Assembly (NCBI GenBank): GCA_036267755.1
Contig: DATAVK010000062.1
Span: 887 to 64,886, forward strand
Direction of reading: 5' to 3'
Length of the DNA stretch: 64,000 nt
From: Mycobacteriales bacterium
GTDB lineage: Bacteria > Actinomycetota > Actinomycetes > JAFAQI01
Below the pieces are notes generated by a model that saw nothing but the letters and a program-made list of their open reading frames with translations, was not told the DNA's origin and did no database searches. The position numbers and the translations under genes were made by a program. This document shows positions 1 to 8,995 of the stretch, one piece after another (the first letter of the stretch is position 1; each line of letters starts with the position of its first letter).

Positions 1-872
1 CGGATCGAGGCGACGTCGAGTGAGCGGACCACCTCGATGAGGACCTCGGAGCCACGGTGGCCGACCCGCAGCGAAACCGTGCCGTCGTCGTCGAGCGACG
101 GCTCGTTGTCGGTCAGCCGCCGGACCGCCTCCAGCGCCGTCGACCGCTCGGCGGCATCGGGGACCACGAACTCCACGACGTCGCCGCCGATCCGGTCCTT
201 GAGCTCGTCGGCGGTGCCCTGCGCGATGATCTTGCCGTGGTCCACGACCACGATGTCGTCGGCGAGCTCGTCAGCCTCGTCGAGGTACTGCGTCGTGAGC
301 AACAGCGTCGTGCCGCCGGCGACCAGGTCGCGGATCACGTCCCACATGTCGTTGCGGGCGCGCGGGTCGAGGCCGGTCGTGGGCTCGTCGAGGAACAGCA
401 CCCTGGGGCTGGCGACCAGGCTCGCGGCCAGGTCGAGCTTGCGCATCATGCCGCCGGAGTAGGTCTTGGCCCGCCGGTTCGCCGCCTCGGTGAGGTCGAA
501 ACGCTCAAGCAGCTCGGTGGTGCGGGCCTTCACCTGAGACCTGCCGAGGTGGTAGAGCCGCCCGATGATGTCGAGGTTCTCGCGGCCGGTGAGCTCGTCG
601 ATGATCGCCGCCGACTGGCCCGCCAGCCCGATCGAGCGTCGTACCCCGGCCGGATCCTTGACGACGTCCTTCCCATCCACCAAGGCGGTGCCGGAGTCGG
701 GCAGGATCAGCGTCGTCAGCACCTTGACCGCCGTGGTCTTGCCGGCGCCGTTCGGCCCGAGGACGCCGAGCACGGTCCCCCGCGGCACATTCAGGTCGAT
801 TCCGGCCAAGGCATGGACGTCACCGAAGGACTTGCGCAGCCCCTCGACCACGATCGCGCTGTCGGTCGTCAC
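1..872 (-). CDS. ABC transporter ATP-binding protein (DrrA-like), C-terminal end runs off the window
   Basis: Not in the ORF track because it is open at the window edge. Manual minus-strand translation from GTG 872 gives VTTDSAIVVEGLRKSFGDVHALAGIDLNVPRGTVLGVLGPNGAGKTT (Walker A), YSGGMMRKLDLA (ABC signature) and VLFLDEPTTGLD (Walker B). The + ORFs 37-462, 57-1016 and 565-918 are its antisense shadows. Confidence 0.85.
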   Translation of the reverse strand, partial: MTTDSAIVVEGLRKSFGDVHALAGIDLNVPRGTVLGVLGPNGAGKTTAVKVLTTLILPDSGTALVDGKDVVKDPAGVRRSIGLAGQSAAIIDELTGRENLDIIGRLYHLGRSQVKARTTELLERFDLTEAANRRAKTYSGGMMRKLDLAASLVASPRVLFLDEPTTGLDPRARNDMWDVIRDLVAGGTTLLLTTQYLDEADELADDIVVVDHGKIIAQGTADELKDRIGGDVVEFVVPDAAERSTALEAVRRLTDNEPSLDDDGTVSLRVGHRGSEVLIEVVRSLDVASI

Positions 873-2211
873 GCTTCGAAACCCTACCGAGCGCCTCCGA
901 CGGAAGCCCGCGGATTGATGCGTCGAGGACCTCGACGGTGTGCGCGAGGGCGATCGAACGACCGGTACGACGCAAGGCGGACTGCACCTGCATCAGGCAG
1001 CCGGGGTTCGCGGTGACGAGCAGCGTCGCGCCGGTCGCGACCACGTTGGCCGCCTTGCGATCGCCCAGCTCACGGGCCGGATCCGGGTTGAGGAGGTTGT
1101 AGACGCCCGCCGAGCCACAACAGATGTCCGGCTCGGCGATCTCGCGGACCGAAAGCTCTGGGATCCCCGCGAGCAGGCTCCGGGGCTGCGCCCGGACACC
1201 CTGCGCATGCGCCAGGTGACACGCGTCGTGGTACGCCGCGACGACCGGCAGCGGGTGCCTGGTGGCGACCGGCCCGAGTGAGGCGAGCAGCTCGCTGACG
1301 TCGACGCATTTCTCGGAGAAGCGCCGGGCCCGCTCGGCCCAGTGCGGGTCGTCGGCGAGGAGCCGGCCGTAGTCCTTCATCGCGGACCCGCAGCCGGCGG
1401 CGTTGACGACGATCGCCTCGACTCCCTGCGGCTCGAACACCGCGATCAGCCGGCGCGCCCGATCGAGCGCCTCCGGCTCCCGGCCGGCGTGCAGCGACAA
1501 CGCACCGCAACACTGCTGACCCGGCGGGGCGACCACGTCGCAGCCTTCGGCAGCCAGCACCCTCGCGGTCGCGGCGTTGACACCGGGGAAGAACTCGCGC
1601 TGCACGCAGCCGAGCAGCATCCCGACCCGGGCTCGTCGCTCACCCGTGGCCGGGGTGAAAGCCGGCACGGGTTGGGCCGGACCGAGCTCCGGCAGCAAGT
1701 CCGTCATCGCACCCAGACTCGGCGGCAACCGGTCGAGCAGGTCTCGTCGGCGCAACCAGCCGTCCAGTCCGCTGCGCTGGTAGGCCCGCAATGGCCCGCG
1801 GAGCAGCCGGAGCCGCTGCGGATACGGGAAGAGCGAGAAGATCAGCCGCCGCAGCGCCCGGTCCTGGGGCGGCCGATCGGCCTTGCGTTCCACCTGGCTC
1901 CGGGTCGCCTCGATCAGTGCGTCGTACTGCACCCCGGACGGGCACGCGGTCACGCAGGACATGCAGCCCAGGCAGGCGTCGAAGTGCCCGATCGTCGCGT
2001 CGTCGAGCGGCTCACCCTCGAGCACCTGCTTCATCAGCTGGATCCGGCCCCGGGGCGAGTCCATCTCCTCGCCCCACAGCAGGTACGTCGGGCAGGTCGG
2101 CAGACAGAAGCCACAGTGCACGCAGTCCGAGACCAGCTCGGCCGATGGCGGATGGTGGCTGTCGAAGCCCCCGGCGGCCAGGTCGCCCTTGGTGATGTCG
2201 AGATCGGTCAT
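820..2211 (-). CDS. glcF: glycolate oxidase iron-sulfur subunit
   Basis: ORF 820-2496 trimmed to ATG 2211 (MTDLDITKG). It has two ferredoxin-type Cys clusters (CVHCGFCLPTCP, CLGCMSCVTACP) plus C-terminal CCG-type cysteines. The glcE stop lies 1 nt upstream. Confidence 0.9.
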   Translation of the reverse strand: MTDLDITKGDLAAGGFDSHHPPSAELVSDCVHCGFCLPTCPTYLLWGEEMDSPRGRIQLMKQVLEGEPLDDATIGHFDACLGCMSCVTACPSGVQYDALIEATRSQVERKADRPPQDRALRRLIFSLFPYPQRLRLLRGPLRAYQRSGLDGWLRRRDLLDRLPPSLGAMTDLLPELGPAQPVPAFTPATGERRARVGMLLGCVQREFFPGVNAATARVLAAEGCDVVAPPGQQCCGALSLHAGREPEALDRARRLIAVFEPQGVEAIVVNAAGCGSAMKDYGRLLADDPHWAERARRFSEKCVDVSELLASLGPVATRHPLPVVAAYHDACHLAHAQGVRAQPRSLLAGIPELSVREIAEPDICCGSAGVYNLLNPDPARELGDRKAANVVATGATLLVTANPGCLMQVQSALRRTGRSIALAHTVEVLDASIRGLPSEALGRVSKRDDRQRDRGRGAAQVLR

Positions 2212-2212
2212 C

Positions 2213-3292
2213 TCAGATGCCTCCCACGAACCGGCCCGGCGACATCCGGTTCGCCGGGTCGAAGCGCTCCTTGAGCCGGCGCATGATCTCCAGGCCGCGC
2301 ACCGGACCCCACACGTCGAGGTCGGGCCCGGCTTCGGCGGGCACCTCGACGACCACGACCTGGCCGTCGTACTGATCGACGGTGTCCCGCAGCGTGTCGA
2401 GCCCGGACAGGTCGGCGCCGTCGTCACCCACCCAGACGACCCCGGAGCCGACGTGGGCCCGGACCCGGGCCGCGGGCAACACGTCGTTGATGGCACTCAG
2501 CGTCTCGCGCAACGCGCCCAACCGGTGGGTCACCTTCAGGCCGATCCCACCGCTCGACCAGGGCCGCTCGCCGAAGCCGGCCGGGATCACGTCGCCCACC
2601 TCGCCATCCACGGCGGCGGCGAGCGCCTCAGCCTGGGCGTCGGCGCCCGCCTCGATCGACTCGACGAGCACGGTGAGCGCCGAACCGTCCCATTCCGCCG
2701 CGGTAGGGACCGCGCCGGTCGGGCCAAGTCGCCGGGCGGCGTCGGCGGGATCGTCCGGGTGGGCGGTCACGACCCGCATCGCCCGCGGCAGCGGGTGCAG
2801 CCGGAAGGTGCACTGCGCGATCACGCCCAGGGTGCCGAAGGAGCCGGTGAACAGCTTGCCGAGGTCGTAGCCCGCGACGTTCTTCACGACCTTGCCACCG
2901 GAGTGGGCCACCGTGCCATCGGCGAGGACGACGGTCACACCGATCAGCAGGTCGCGAGGCGTGCCGTAGCGCAGTCGGCGCGGGCCGCTCACCGCGGTAG
3001 CGACCACGCCGCCCACCGTGGCGTCCGACTCCGGCGGGTCGAGGGCAAGCCATTGCCCCGCGTCGGCCACCTGCTCCTGCAGCGACGCGAGCGGGACCCC
3101 CGCCTCGGCGGTCACGACCAGGTCGCCCGCTGCGTGCTCGACGATCCGGTCCATCCCGGTGGTCCGGACGACGACGTCCGGCTCGGCCAGCTGTGGCGGG
3201 AGGGCCCACCGGGCTTTGCTGCCCGCGCCTCGCACCGCGACGGTCGGCCCTGTCGGCACCAGCTCGGCGAGAGCCGCCGAGAGCTCCTTCAC
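2213..3292 (-). CDS. glcE: glycolate oxidase FAD-binding subunit
   Basis: FAD-binding PCMH-type sequence (VAVRGAGSKARW, DRIVEHAAGDLVVTAEAGV) located between glcD and glcF. Start set at GTG 3292, the first plausible start after the glcD stop at 3309; the start is uncertain. Confidence 0.8.
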   Translation of the reverse strand: MKELSAALAELVPTGPTVAVRGAGSKARWALPPQLAEPDVVVRTTGMDRIVEHAAGDLVVTAEAGVPLASLQEQVADAGQWLALDPPESDATVGGVVATAVSGPRRLRYGTPRDLLIGVTVVLADGTVAHSGGKVVKNVAGYDLGKLFTGSFGTLGVIAQCTFRLHPLPRAMRVVTAHPDDPADAARRLGPTGAVPTAAEWDGSALTVLVESIEAGADAQAEALAAAVDGEVGDVIPAGFGERPWSSGGIGLKVTHRLGALRETLSAINDVLPAARVRAHVGSGVVWVGDDGADLSGLDTLRDTVDQYDGQVVVVEVPAEAGPDLDVWGPVRGLEIMRRLKERFDPANRMSPGRFVGGI

Positions 3293-3308
3293 CGAGCCGG
3301 GTGCGAGC

Positions 3309-4820
3309 TCAGAAGACGTCGGCAAGGCCGGCCTCCTGAAGCGGATGAACCCCGGTACGCCGGCCAGGGCGTTCGCCGCACAGCCGGGGCGTGGGGAAGA
3401 CCTTGCCCGGGTTGCAGATCCCGTCGGGGTCGAACGCGCACCGGACCAGCTGCATGACGTCGAGGTCGACCTCGCTGAACTGCCGCCCGAGGTAGGCCTT
3501 CTTGTCGAATCCGACGCCGTGCTCACCCGTGATCGACCCGCCGTACTCGAGACACAGCGCGAGGATCTCCTGCGACACCTGTTCGGCTCGCTCGGTCTCG
3601 CCGCGCGAAGCGTCGAAGAGCACGAGCGGATGCAGGTTGCCGTCCCCGGCGTGGAAGACGTTCGCCACCCGGACGCCGGCGTCGGCGGCGACCGCCTCGA
3701 CCGCGCGGAGCACCTCGGGCAACGCCGTACGCGGGATCACGCCGTCCTGGACGATGTAGTCCGGGCTGATCCGCCCGACCGCTGCGAACGCGGACTTGCG
3801 GCCCTTCCAGATCAGGGCGCGTTCGGCGGCATCCGCAGCTACCCGCAGCTCGAACGCCTCGGCCTCGGTGCAGAGCCGCTCGACGTCGGCCAGCTCGGCC
3901 TCGACCTCACCGGCCGGGCCGTCCAGCTCGACGACGAGGACCGCGCCGGCGCCCTCGGGGTAGCCGCAGTTCACCGCGGCCTCGGCCGCCTCGATGGCCA
4001 GTGCGTCCATCATCTCGATCGCGGCCGGCAGCACGCCGGCGGCGATGATGGCGCTGACGGCCGCTCCGGCCGCCTCGATCGACGGGAAGCCGGCGAGCAG
4101 CGTCTGCACCGCCTGCGGCGCCCGCATCAGCCGCACCGTGACTTCGGTGACGATGCCGAGCGTCCCCTCGCTGCCGACCATGGCGCCGAGTACGTCGTAC
4201 CCCACTGGGTCGGGTGCGCGACCGCCAGCCCGGTCGACCGATCCGTCGGGCAGCACGATCTCCAGGCCGGTGACGTGGTGGGCGGTGAAGCCGTACTTCA
4301 GGCAGTGCGCACCGCCGGAGTTCTCCGCGACGTTGCCCCCGATCGAGCAGACCTGCTGGCTCGACGGGTCCGGCGCGTAGTAGTAGCCGTCCGGCGCGGC
4401 GGCGCGAGTGACGTCGAGGTTGATGACGCCGGGCTGGACGACAGCCCGCTCGTCGTCGGCGGCGATGGCGAGGATCTGCTTCATCCGGGAGAGCACGACG
4501 AGGACGCCGTCCGTCACCGGCAAAGCGCCGCCGGAGAGCCCGGTCCCGGACCCCCGGGCGACGAACGGGACGCCGCGCGCTGCACAAGCCGTGACGACAT
4601 GAGCCACCTCCGCGGTGGTCTCAGGCAGCACGACCAGGCCGGGGATGCAGCGGTAGGCCGCAAGCCCGTCGCACTCATACGTCCGCAGCTCGGCGCGGTC
4701 GGTAATGACTGCGCTGGACCCGAGCGCAGTACGGAAATCGGCGGCGAGCGAAGCGAGCTCGCCGCCCTCCCCGCCGTGATCATGACGAAATGGGCCCTTC
4801 GAGCCGGCTGAAGGACTCAT
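3309..4820 (-). CDS. glcD: glycolate oxidase subunit GlcD (FAD-linked oxidase)
   Basis: ORF 3309-4841. The ATG at 4820 (MSPSAGS) is preferred over the TTG at 4841, which overlaps the aceB stop. FAD-oxidase motifs present: FVARGSGTGLSGGALP and GEHGVG. Confidence 0.9.
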   Translation of the reverse strand: MSPSAGSKGPFRHDHGGEGGELASLAADFRTALGSSAVITDRAELRTYECDGLAAYRCIPGLVVLPETTAEVAHVVTACAARGVPFVARGSGTGLSGGALPVTDGVLVVLSRMKQILAIAADDERAVVQPGVINLDVTRAAAPDGYYYAPDPSSQQVCSIGGNVAENSGGAHCLKYGFTAHHVTGLEIVLPDGSVDRAGGRAPDPVGYDVLGAMVGSEGTLGIVTEVTVRLMRAPQAVQTLLAGFPSIEAAGAAVSAIIAAGVLPAAIEMMDALAIEAAEAAVNCGYPEGAGAVLVVELDGPAGEVEAELADVERLCTEAEAFELRVAADAAERALIWKGRKSAFAAVGRISPDYIVQDGVIPRTALPEVLRAVEAVAADAGVRVANVFHAGDGNLHPLVLFDASRGETERAEQVSQEILALCLEYGGSITGEHGVGFDKKAYLGRQFSEVDLDVMQLVRCAFDPDGICNPGKVFPTPRLCGERPGRRTGVHPLQEAGLADVF

Positions 4821-4837
4821 TTCGTCATGATCACCGT

Positions 4838-6439
4838 TCAATCGAGGAGGTCGTACGCCGGCAGAGTCAGGAAGTCGACGAAGTCGTCGGCGAGCGCCAC
4901 CTGCTCGAAGACAGCACGTGCGTCGGTCCAGCGGCCCTTGTCATAGGCCTCCTGGCCCACCTGCTCGCGGATCTCGCGCATCACGTCGTCGGCGACCGAG
5001 CGGACCAGGTCGACGGTGACCGTGTCGCCGGTGTCGTCGAGCTTCACCCCGGCCTGCACCCACTGCCAGACCTGGGACCGGGAGATCTCGGCGGTGGCCG
5101 CGTCCTCCATCAGGTTGTGGATCGCCGCCGCGCCGTTGCCGCGAAGCCAGGACTCGAGGTAGCGGATCCCGACGTCGACGTTGGTCCGCAACCCGGTGCT
5201 GGTCTTCTCCCCCGGCGTCTTGTCCGCGGCGAGCAGGTCGTCGGCGGTGACGTGAACGTCGGGACGCTGCTTGTCGATCTGGTTCGGCCGGTCGCCGAGG
5301 ACCGCGTCGAACTCCTTCATCGCCGTCTCGACCAGGTCCGGGTGGGCGACCCAGGTGCCGTCGAAGCCGGCCTCCGCCTCACGCTCCTTGTCGGCCTTGA
5401 CCTTCTCCAGCGCGACCCGGTTGACCTCGGCGTCCTTGCGGCTCGGGATGAACGCTGCCATCCCGCCCATCGCGAACGCGCCGCGCTTGTGGCAGGTCTG
5501 GACCAGCAGCTCGGTATAGGCGCGCATGAACGGCACCGTCATGGTCACGCTGTTGCGGTCCGGAAGCAGGTACTCCTCGCCGCGGTCACGGAAGGTCTTG
5601 ATCATCGAGAACATGTAGTCCCAGCGGCCGGCGTTCAGACCGTAGGAGTGGTCCCGCAGCTCGTAAAGGATCTCGTCCATCTCGAACGCCGCCGGAATCG
5701 TCTCGATCAGCACGGTGGCGCGGATCGTCCCGGTCGGGATGCCCAGCGACTGCTGCGCGTGGACGAAGACGTCGTTCCACAGCCGCGCCTCGCGGTGCGA
5801 CTCCATCTTGGGCAGGTAGAAGTACGGCCGGGTGCCCTTGTCGAGCAGCCGCTGCGCGTTATGGAAGAAGAACATCGCGAAGTCGAACAGGCCGCCGCTC
5901 ATCGGCTCGCCGTCGACCAACACGTGCTTCTCCGGCAGGTGCCAACCGCGCGGTCGCGGCATCAGCGCGGCCACGGTCTCGCCCAGGCGGTACTCCTTGC
6001 CCTCGGGAGTCGTGAAGTCGATCCGCCGCTCGATCGCATCGGTGAGGTTGATCTGACCCTGCACCTTGTTGTGCCAGGTCGGCGTGGAGGCGTCCTCGAA
6101 GTCGGCCATGAACACCTTGGCGCCGGAGTTCAGCGCGTTGACCAGCATCTTCTGCTCGGTCGGACCGGTGATCTCGACCCGACGGTCGGCCAGATCGGCG
6201 ACGGGCGCGACCCGCCACTCGGTGTCCTCGCGGATCTCCTTGGTCTCCGCCAGGAAGTCCAGCCGCCCGGTATCGGCCGCCAGCTGCCGACGCTCGCGAC
6301 GGGCCGCCAGCAGCTCGGTACGCCGAGGCCCGAACTGACGGTGCAGGTCCGCGACGAATGCCAGGGCTTCGGTGGTCAGGACCTCGTCGAACCGTCCCTC
6401 GACGGCCCCGGTCACCTGCGGTGCGTCACTGCCCGACAT
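4838..6439 (-). CDS. aceB: malate synthase A
   Basis: ORF 4838-6478 trimmed to ATG 6439 ([11 protein letters not shown]), giving 533 aa. Characteristic stretches: [35 protein letters not shown] and [11 protein letters not shown]. Confidence 0.9.
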   Translation of the reverse strand: MSGSDAPQVTGAVEGRFDEVLTTEALAFVADLHRQFGPRRTELLAARRERRQLAADTGRLDFLAETKEIREDTEWRVAPVADLADRRVEITGPTEQKMLVNALNSGAKVFMADFEDASTPTWHNKVQGQINLTDAIERRIDFTTPEGKEYRLGETVAALMPRPRGWHLPEKHVLVDGEPMSGGLFDFAMFFFHNAQRLLDKGTRPYFYLPKMESHREARLWNDVFVHAQQSLGIPTGTIRATVLIETIPAAFEMDEILYELRDHSYGLNAGRWDYMFSMIKTFRDRGEEYLLPDRNSVTMTVPFMRAYTELLVQTCHKRGAFAMGGMAAFIPSRKDAEVNRVALEKVKADKEREAEAGFDGTWVAHPDLVETAMKEFDAVLGDRPNQIDKQRPDVHVTADDLLAADKTPGEKTSTGLRTNVDVGIRYLESWLRGNGAAAIHNLMEDAATAEISRSQVWQWVQAGVKLDDTGDTVTVDLVRSVADDVMREIREQVGQEAYDKGRWTDARAVFEQVALADDFVDFLTLPAYDLLD

Positions 6440-6509
6440 CCACGTCCTCCTCGATCTCGGTGCCCAAGTCTGGTGCACCTCGCTGAGGTCGGCCTACCCG
6501 GGTGAGCTG

Positions 6510-7211
6510 TTATCGACGCCGCCGCCGGCGACGAAGTACGACGAGAAGCAGCAACAGGAGGCCCGCGGCAGCGGCCAGGCGACGGGGAGAGGGCCCTGAC
6601 GAGGTGCCCGCACCATCGCCCGACGACCAGCGGACCGAGTTCGACGAATCGCGCAACGGCAACGGCTGCACCGCCGGCGCGGGGGTGGCGGCGACACCGT
6701 TCGAGGCCGCCCGGGCCGCATCCGTAGTGGCAGCCCCAGGGGCTACAGCCGGTGGAGCTGCCGAGCCGTCTGTCCCGGCCGCCACCTCCTGTAGCCCTGC
6801 CACGACCCCGTCGAGCAGCGTCTCCGCCGCTGCTCCCCAGGCCGCGTCCGAGACGGACTCGCCACGCCCGGTGGCCGTGAGGTCGAGCCGGGCCCGGACC
6901 AGCGTGCCGCCCTCGGCCTCGTGCAGCGAGACGTCGACGGTCGCGCCGAGCGTGCCGGCACCGCGCGCCTCCTTGCCGGTCACCGCCACCGTCGCGGCGT
7001 GGTCGCCGCCGTCGGCCCCGGTGGCCCGGATCGTGACCCGATACGTGATCTGCAGGGTGCCGAGCTTGAGCTTCAGCGACCCCGAGGCGCCGTCGTCGTC
7101 GCGCTGCAACGTGGCTCCCGGCAACGACTCCAGCACCCGGTCGGCATCGCCCAGCTGCCGGCGTACGTCGTCGAGTGGGCGGCGTACCAACGATTCATGG
7201 GTCGACGTCAT
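6510..7211 (-). CDS. SRPBCC/CoxG-like domain protein with C-terminal hydrophobic segment and poly-Arg tail
   Basis: 233-aa ORF. The N-terminal ~140 aa resemble CoxG/SRPBCC proteins ([18 protein letters not shown]...). An Ala/Pro-rich linker follows, then [21 protein letters not shown] at the C-terminus. Confidence 0.6.
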   Translation of the reverse strand: MTSTHESLVRRPLDDVRRQLGDADRVLESLPGATLQRDDDGASGSLKLKLGTLQITYRVTIRATGADGGDHAATVAVTGKEARGAGTLGATVDVSLHEAEGGTLVRARLDLTATGRGESVSDAAWGAAAETLLDGVVAGLQEVAAGTDGSAAPPAVAPGAATTDAARAASNGVAATPAPAVQPLPLRDSSNSVRWSSGDGAGTSSGPSPRRLAAAAGLLLLLLVVLRRRRRRR

Positions 7212-7249
7212 CCCAAGATTGTGGCCGATCCCTGCCTAGGCTGTGGCGC

Positions 7250-8164
7250 ATGTTGCCACGTTGGGAGGGATCGAGCGTCGTCGTCGCACCGCCGGAGCCG
7301 AAGCCAGGAGCCTGGGCGGGGGGTCCGAGCGTCGTCGTCGTGGACGGTGTGGTGTACCTCGCGTACCGGCTTCGGAAGCCGATCGGTGAGGGTCGGGGCT
7401 TCGCGAACATGATCGCCCGCTCGGACGACGGCGTGATGTTCACTCCCGTGGTCGAGATCCATAAAGACCGCCTCGGCGGCGCATCGCTCGAGCGGCCCTG
7501 CCTCGTCGTCACCGACGACGGCACCTGGCGGCTTTACCTCAGCGTTGCCACCCGTGAGACCAAGCACTGGCAGGTTGTCCTCCTCGAGGCGTCCTCGCCC
7601 GAGGGCCTGGCCGCGGCGACGCCCCTGACCGTCCTGCCCGGCGACGAGAACACGGCGGTGAAGGACCCGGTCGTGCTCCATGACGGCGGCCAGTGGCACC
7701 TGTGGGCATCGGTGCACCCGCTGGACGACCCCAACGCCACGGACCGGATGACGGTCGACTACGCCACCAGCGAGAACGGTCACGAGTGGACCTGGCGCGG
7801 CACGGTGCTCCGTGGGCGCGAGCACGCCTGGGACTCCCGCGGCGTCCGCCCGGCTGCCGTAACCGTCGACGGCGAGACCCTGATCATGGCGTACGACGGC
7901 CGCGATTCGGCGGAGGCCAACTGGGAGGAGCGCAGCGGCCTGGCCCGTGGCACTCGGGGCCCTGACGGCCGGTTCGGTGAGCTGACGGCCGACGAGATCC
8001 CACCGGTCGGCTCGCCGTGGTCGCTGGGCGGCCTGCGCTACATCAGCGTGCTCGACCTGCCCGACGGATCACGGCGGCTCTACTACGAGTCGACCCGGCC
8101 CGACGGCTCGCATGAGCTGCGTACGGAGCTGGCAGCTCACAACGGCCACTGTGCCGTGACGTAG
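7250..8164 (+). CDS. hypothetical protein, beta-propeller glycosidase-like repeats
   Basis: ORF 7175-8164 trimmed to in-frame ATG 7250 (MLPRWEG). Repeated blade-like motifs ([30 protein letters not shown]) are reminiscent of GH43/GH130-type propellers. The family call is tentative. Confidence 0.5.
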   Translation: MLPRWEGSSVVVAPPEPKPGAWAGGPSVVVVDGVVYLAYRLRKPIGEGRGFANMIARSDDGVMFTPVVEIHKDRLGGASLERPCLVVTDDGTWRLYLSVATRETKHWQVVLLEASSPEGLAAATPLTVLPGDENTAVKDPVVLHDGGQWHLWASVHPLDDPNATDRMTVDYATSENGHEWTWRGTVLRGREHAWDSRGVRPAAVTVDGETLIMAYDGRDSAEANWEERSGLARGTRGPDGRFGELTADEIPPVGSPWSLGGLRYISVLDLPDGSRRLYYESTRPDGSHELRTELAAHNGHCAVT

Positions 8165-8174
8165 GGTTCCAAGG

Positions 8175-8342
8175 ATGGACAAACCCGACATCGACCTGAG
8201 CGAGCTGCTCGAGACCGACGTCAGCACGGAGCCCGATCCCGCCCTGACCACCGGCGCCCACCGGCTGATGCGGGCTATCGACCGGCTCGACGACAGCCAT
8301 CAGGAGCGGGTCGAGGAGCTCCAGCGCCGCCAGGCCTCCTGA
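8175..8342 (+). CDS. small acidic hypothetical protein (55 aa)
   Basis: Below the ORF-track size cutoff and found manually: AAGGA then ATG 8175, MDKPDIDLSELLETDVSTEPDPALTTGAHRLMRAIDRLDDSHQERVEELQRRQAS, stop at 8340-8342. No homology recognised. Confidence 0.3.
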   Translation: MDKPDIDLSELLETDVSTEPDPALTTGAHRLMRAIDRLDDSHQERVEELQRRQAS

Positions 8343-8350
8343 CCCACTGA

Positions 8351-8974
8351 TCAGACGCTGAGCCGGAGCCGCTCGAGCCGCAAGATGGACTCGGGATCGC
8401 CGCTGAGGTCCACCGCGGCGGCAGCCTTCCGGCCGAAGACCCACAGCGCGACGTCGCCGACCGGCCCACGAAGCTCGACTCTGGGACCGTGGCCGTAGCT
8501 GGCGCGCTCGCCATGCTCGGTCACGACCTCCACCTCGACGTCCCGCAGCCGCAGCAGCGACATCCGCAGCAGCACCCGCAGCCGCGCGAACAGCGCCCGC
8601 TCCATCTCGGGTGGCAGCGACCGGGGCTGATCGCCATGCGCCCGCCGCACGTCCTCGACATGGATGAAGAACTCCACGAGGTTCATCTGCTCGTCGAGCG
8701 GTCGGAGCAGTCGCGGCGGGCCCGCGGCCAGGATGTCGACCACGTTGTCGAACCCGTTGACCCGCAGCACGCTCGCCATCACCCGCGCGGTGTACGACGC
8801 GGCCGGTCCCGGTAGCACCGCTCCGGGTGCGGCGTCCGGCCGACGCTCCCGGACGTAGAGGTGCGCGGCGAGGTCGGCCGTGGTCCAGCCCTCACACAGC
8901 ACGTCGGCGTCCGGCCCGAGGGTTCGGAACAGCTCGACGAGGACAGCCCGCTCCCGTTGCGCCCAGGCACTCAC
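8351..8974 (-). CDS. DinB/maleylpyruvate-isomerase-like (TIGR03085-type) protein
   Basis: This is the C-terminal 207 codons of the 625-aa ORF 8351-10228, starting at in-frame GTG 8974 (VSAWAQRERAVLVELFRTLGPDADVLCEGWTTADLAAHL). That N-terminus is typical of the mycothiol-dependent MDMPI/DinB fold. Confidence 0.7.
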   Translation of the reverse strand: MSAWAQRERAVLVELFRTLGPDADVLCEGWTTADLAAHLYVRERRPDAAPGAVLPGPAASYTARVMASVLRVNGFDNVVDILAAGPPRLLRPLDEQMNLVEFFIHVEDVRRAHGDQPRSLPPEMERALFARLRVLLRMSLLRLRDVEVEVVTEHGERASYGHGPRVELRGPVGDVALWVFGRKAAAAVDLSGDPESILRLERLRLSV

Positions 8975-8995
8975 GATCAGGACAATAGAGCGGTC

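Noticed and set aside
820-872. 53-nt overlap between the glcF 3' end and the ABC-ATPase start, considered as a frameshift or pseudogene signal
   Set aside because: Both reading frames are intact with full-length, motif-complete products. The overlap probably reflects a non-conserved C-terminal tail of GlcF or a slightly later ABC start (a GTG at 851 is also in frame).
57-1016. 319-aa + strand ORF, plus 37-462 and 565-918, at the left edge of the window
   Set aside because: These are antisense shadows of a clear ABC-ATPase gene on the minus strand (Walker A, signature and Walker B found by manual translation). The + products are Arg/Gly/Val-rich with no motifs.
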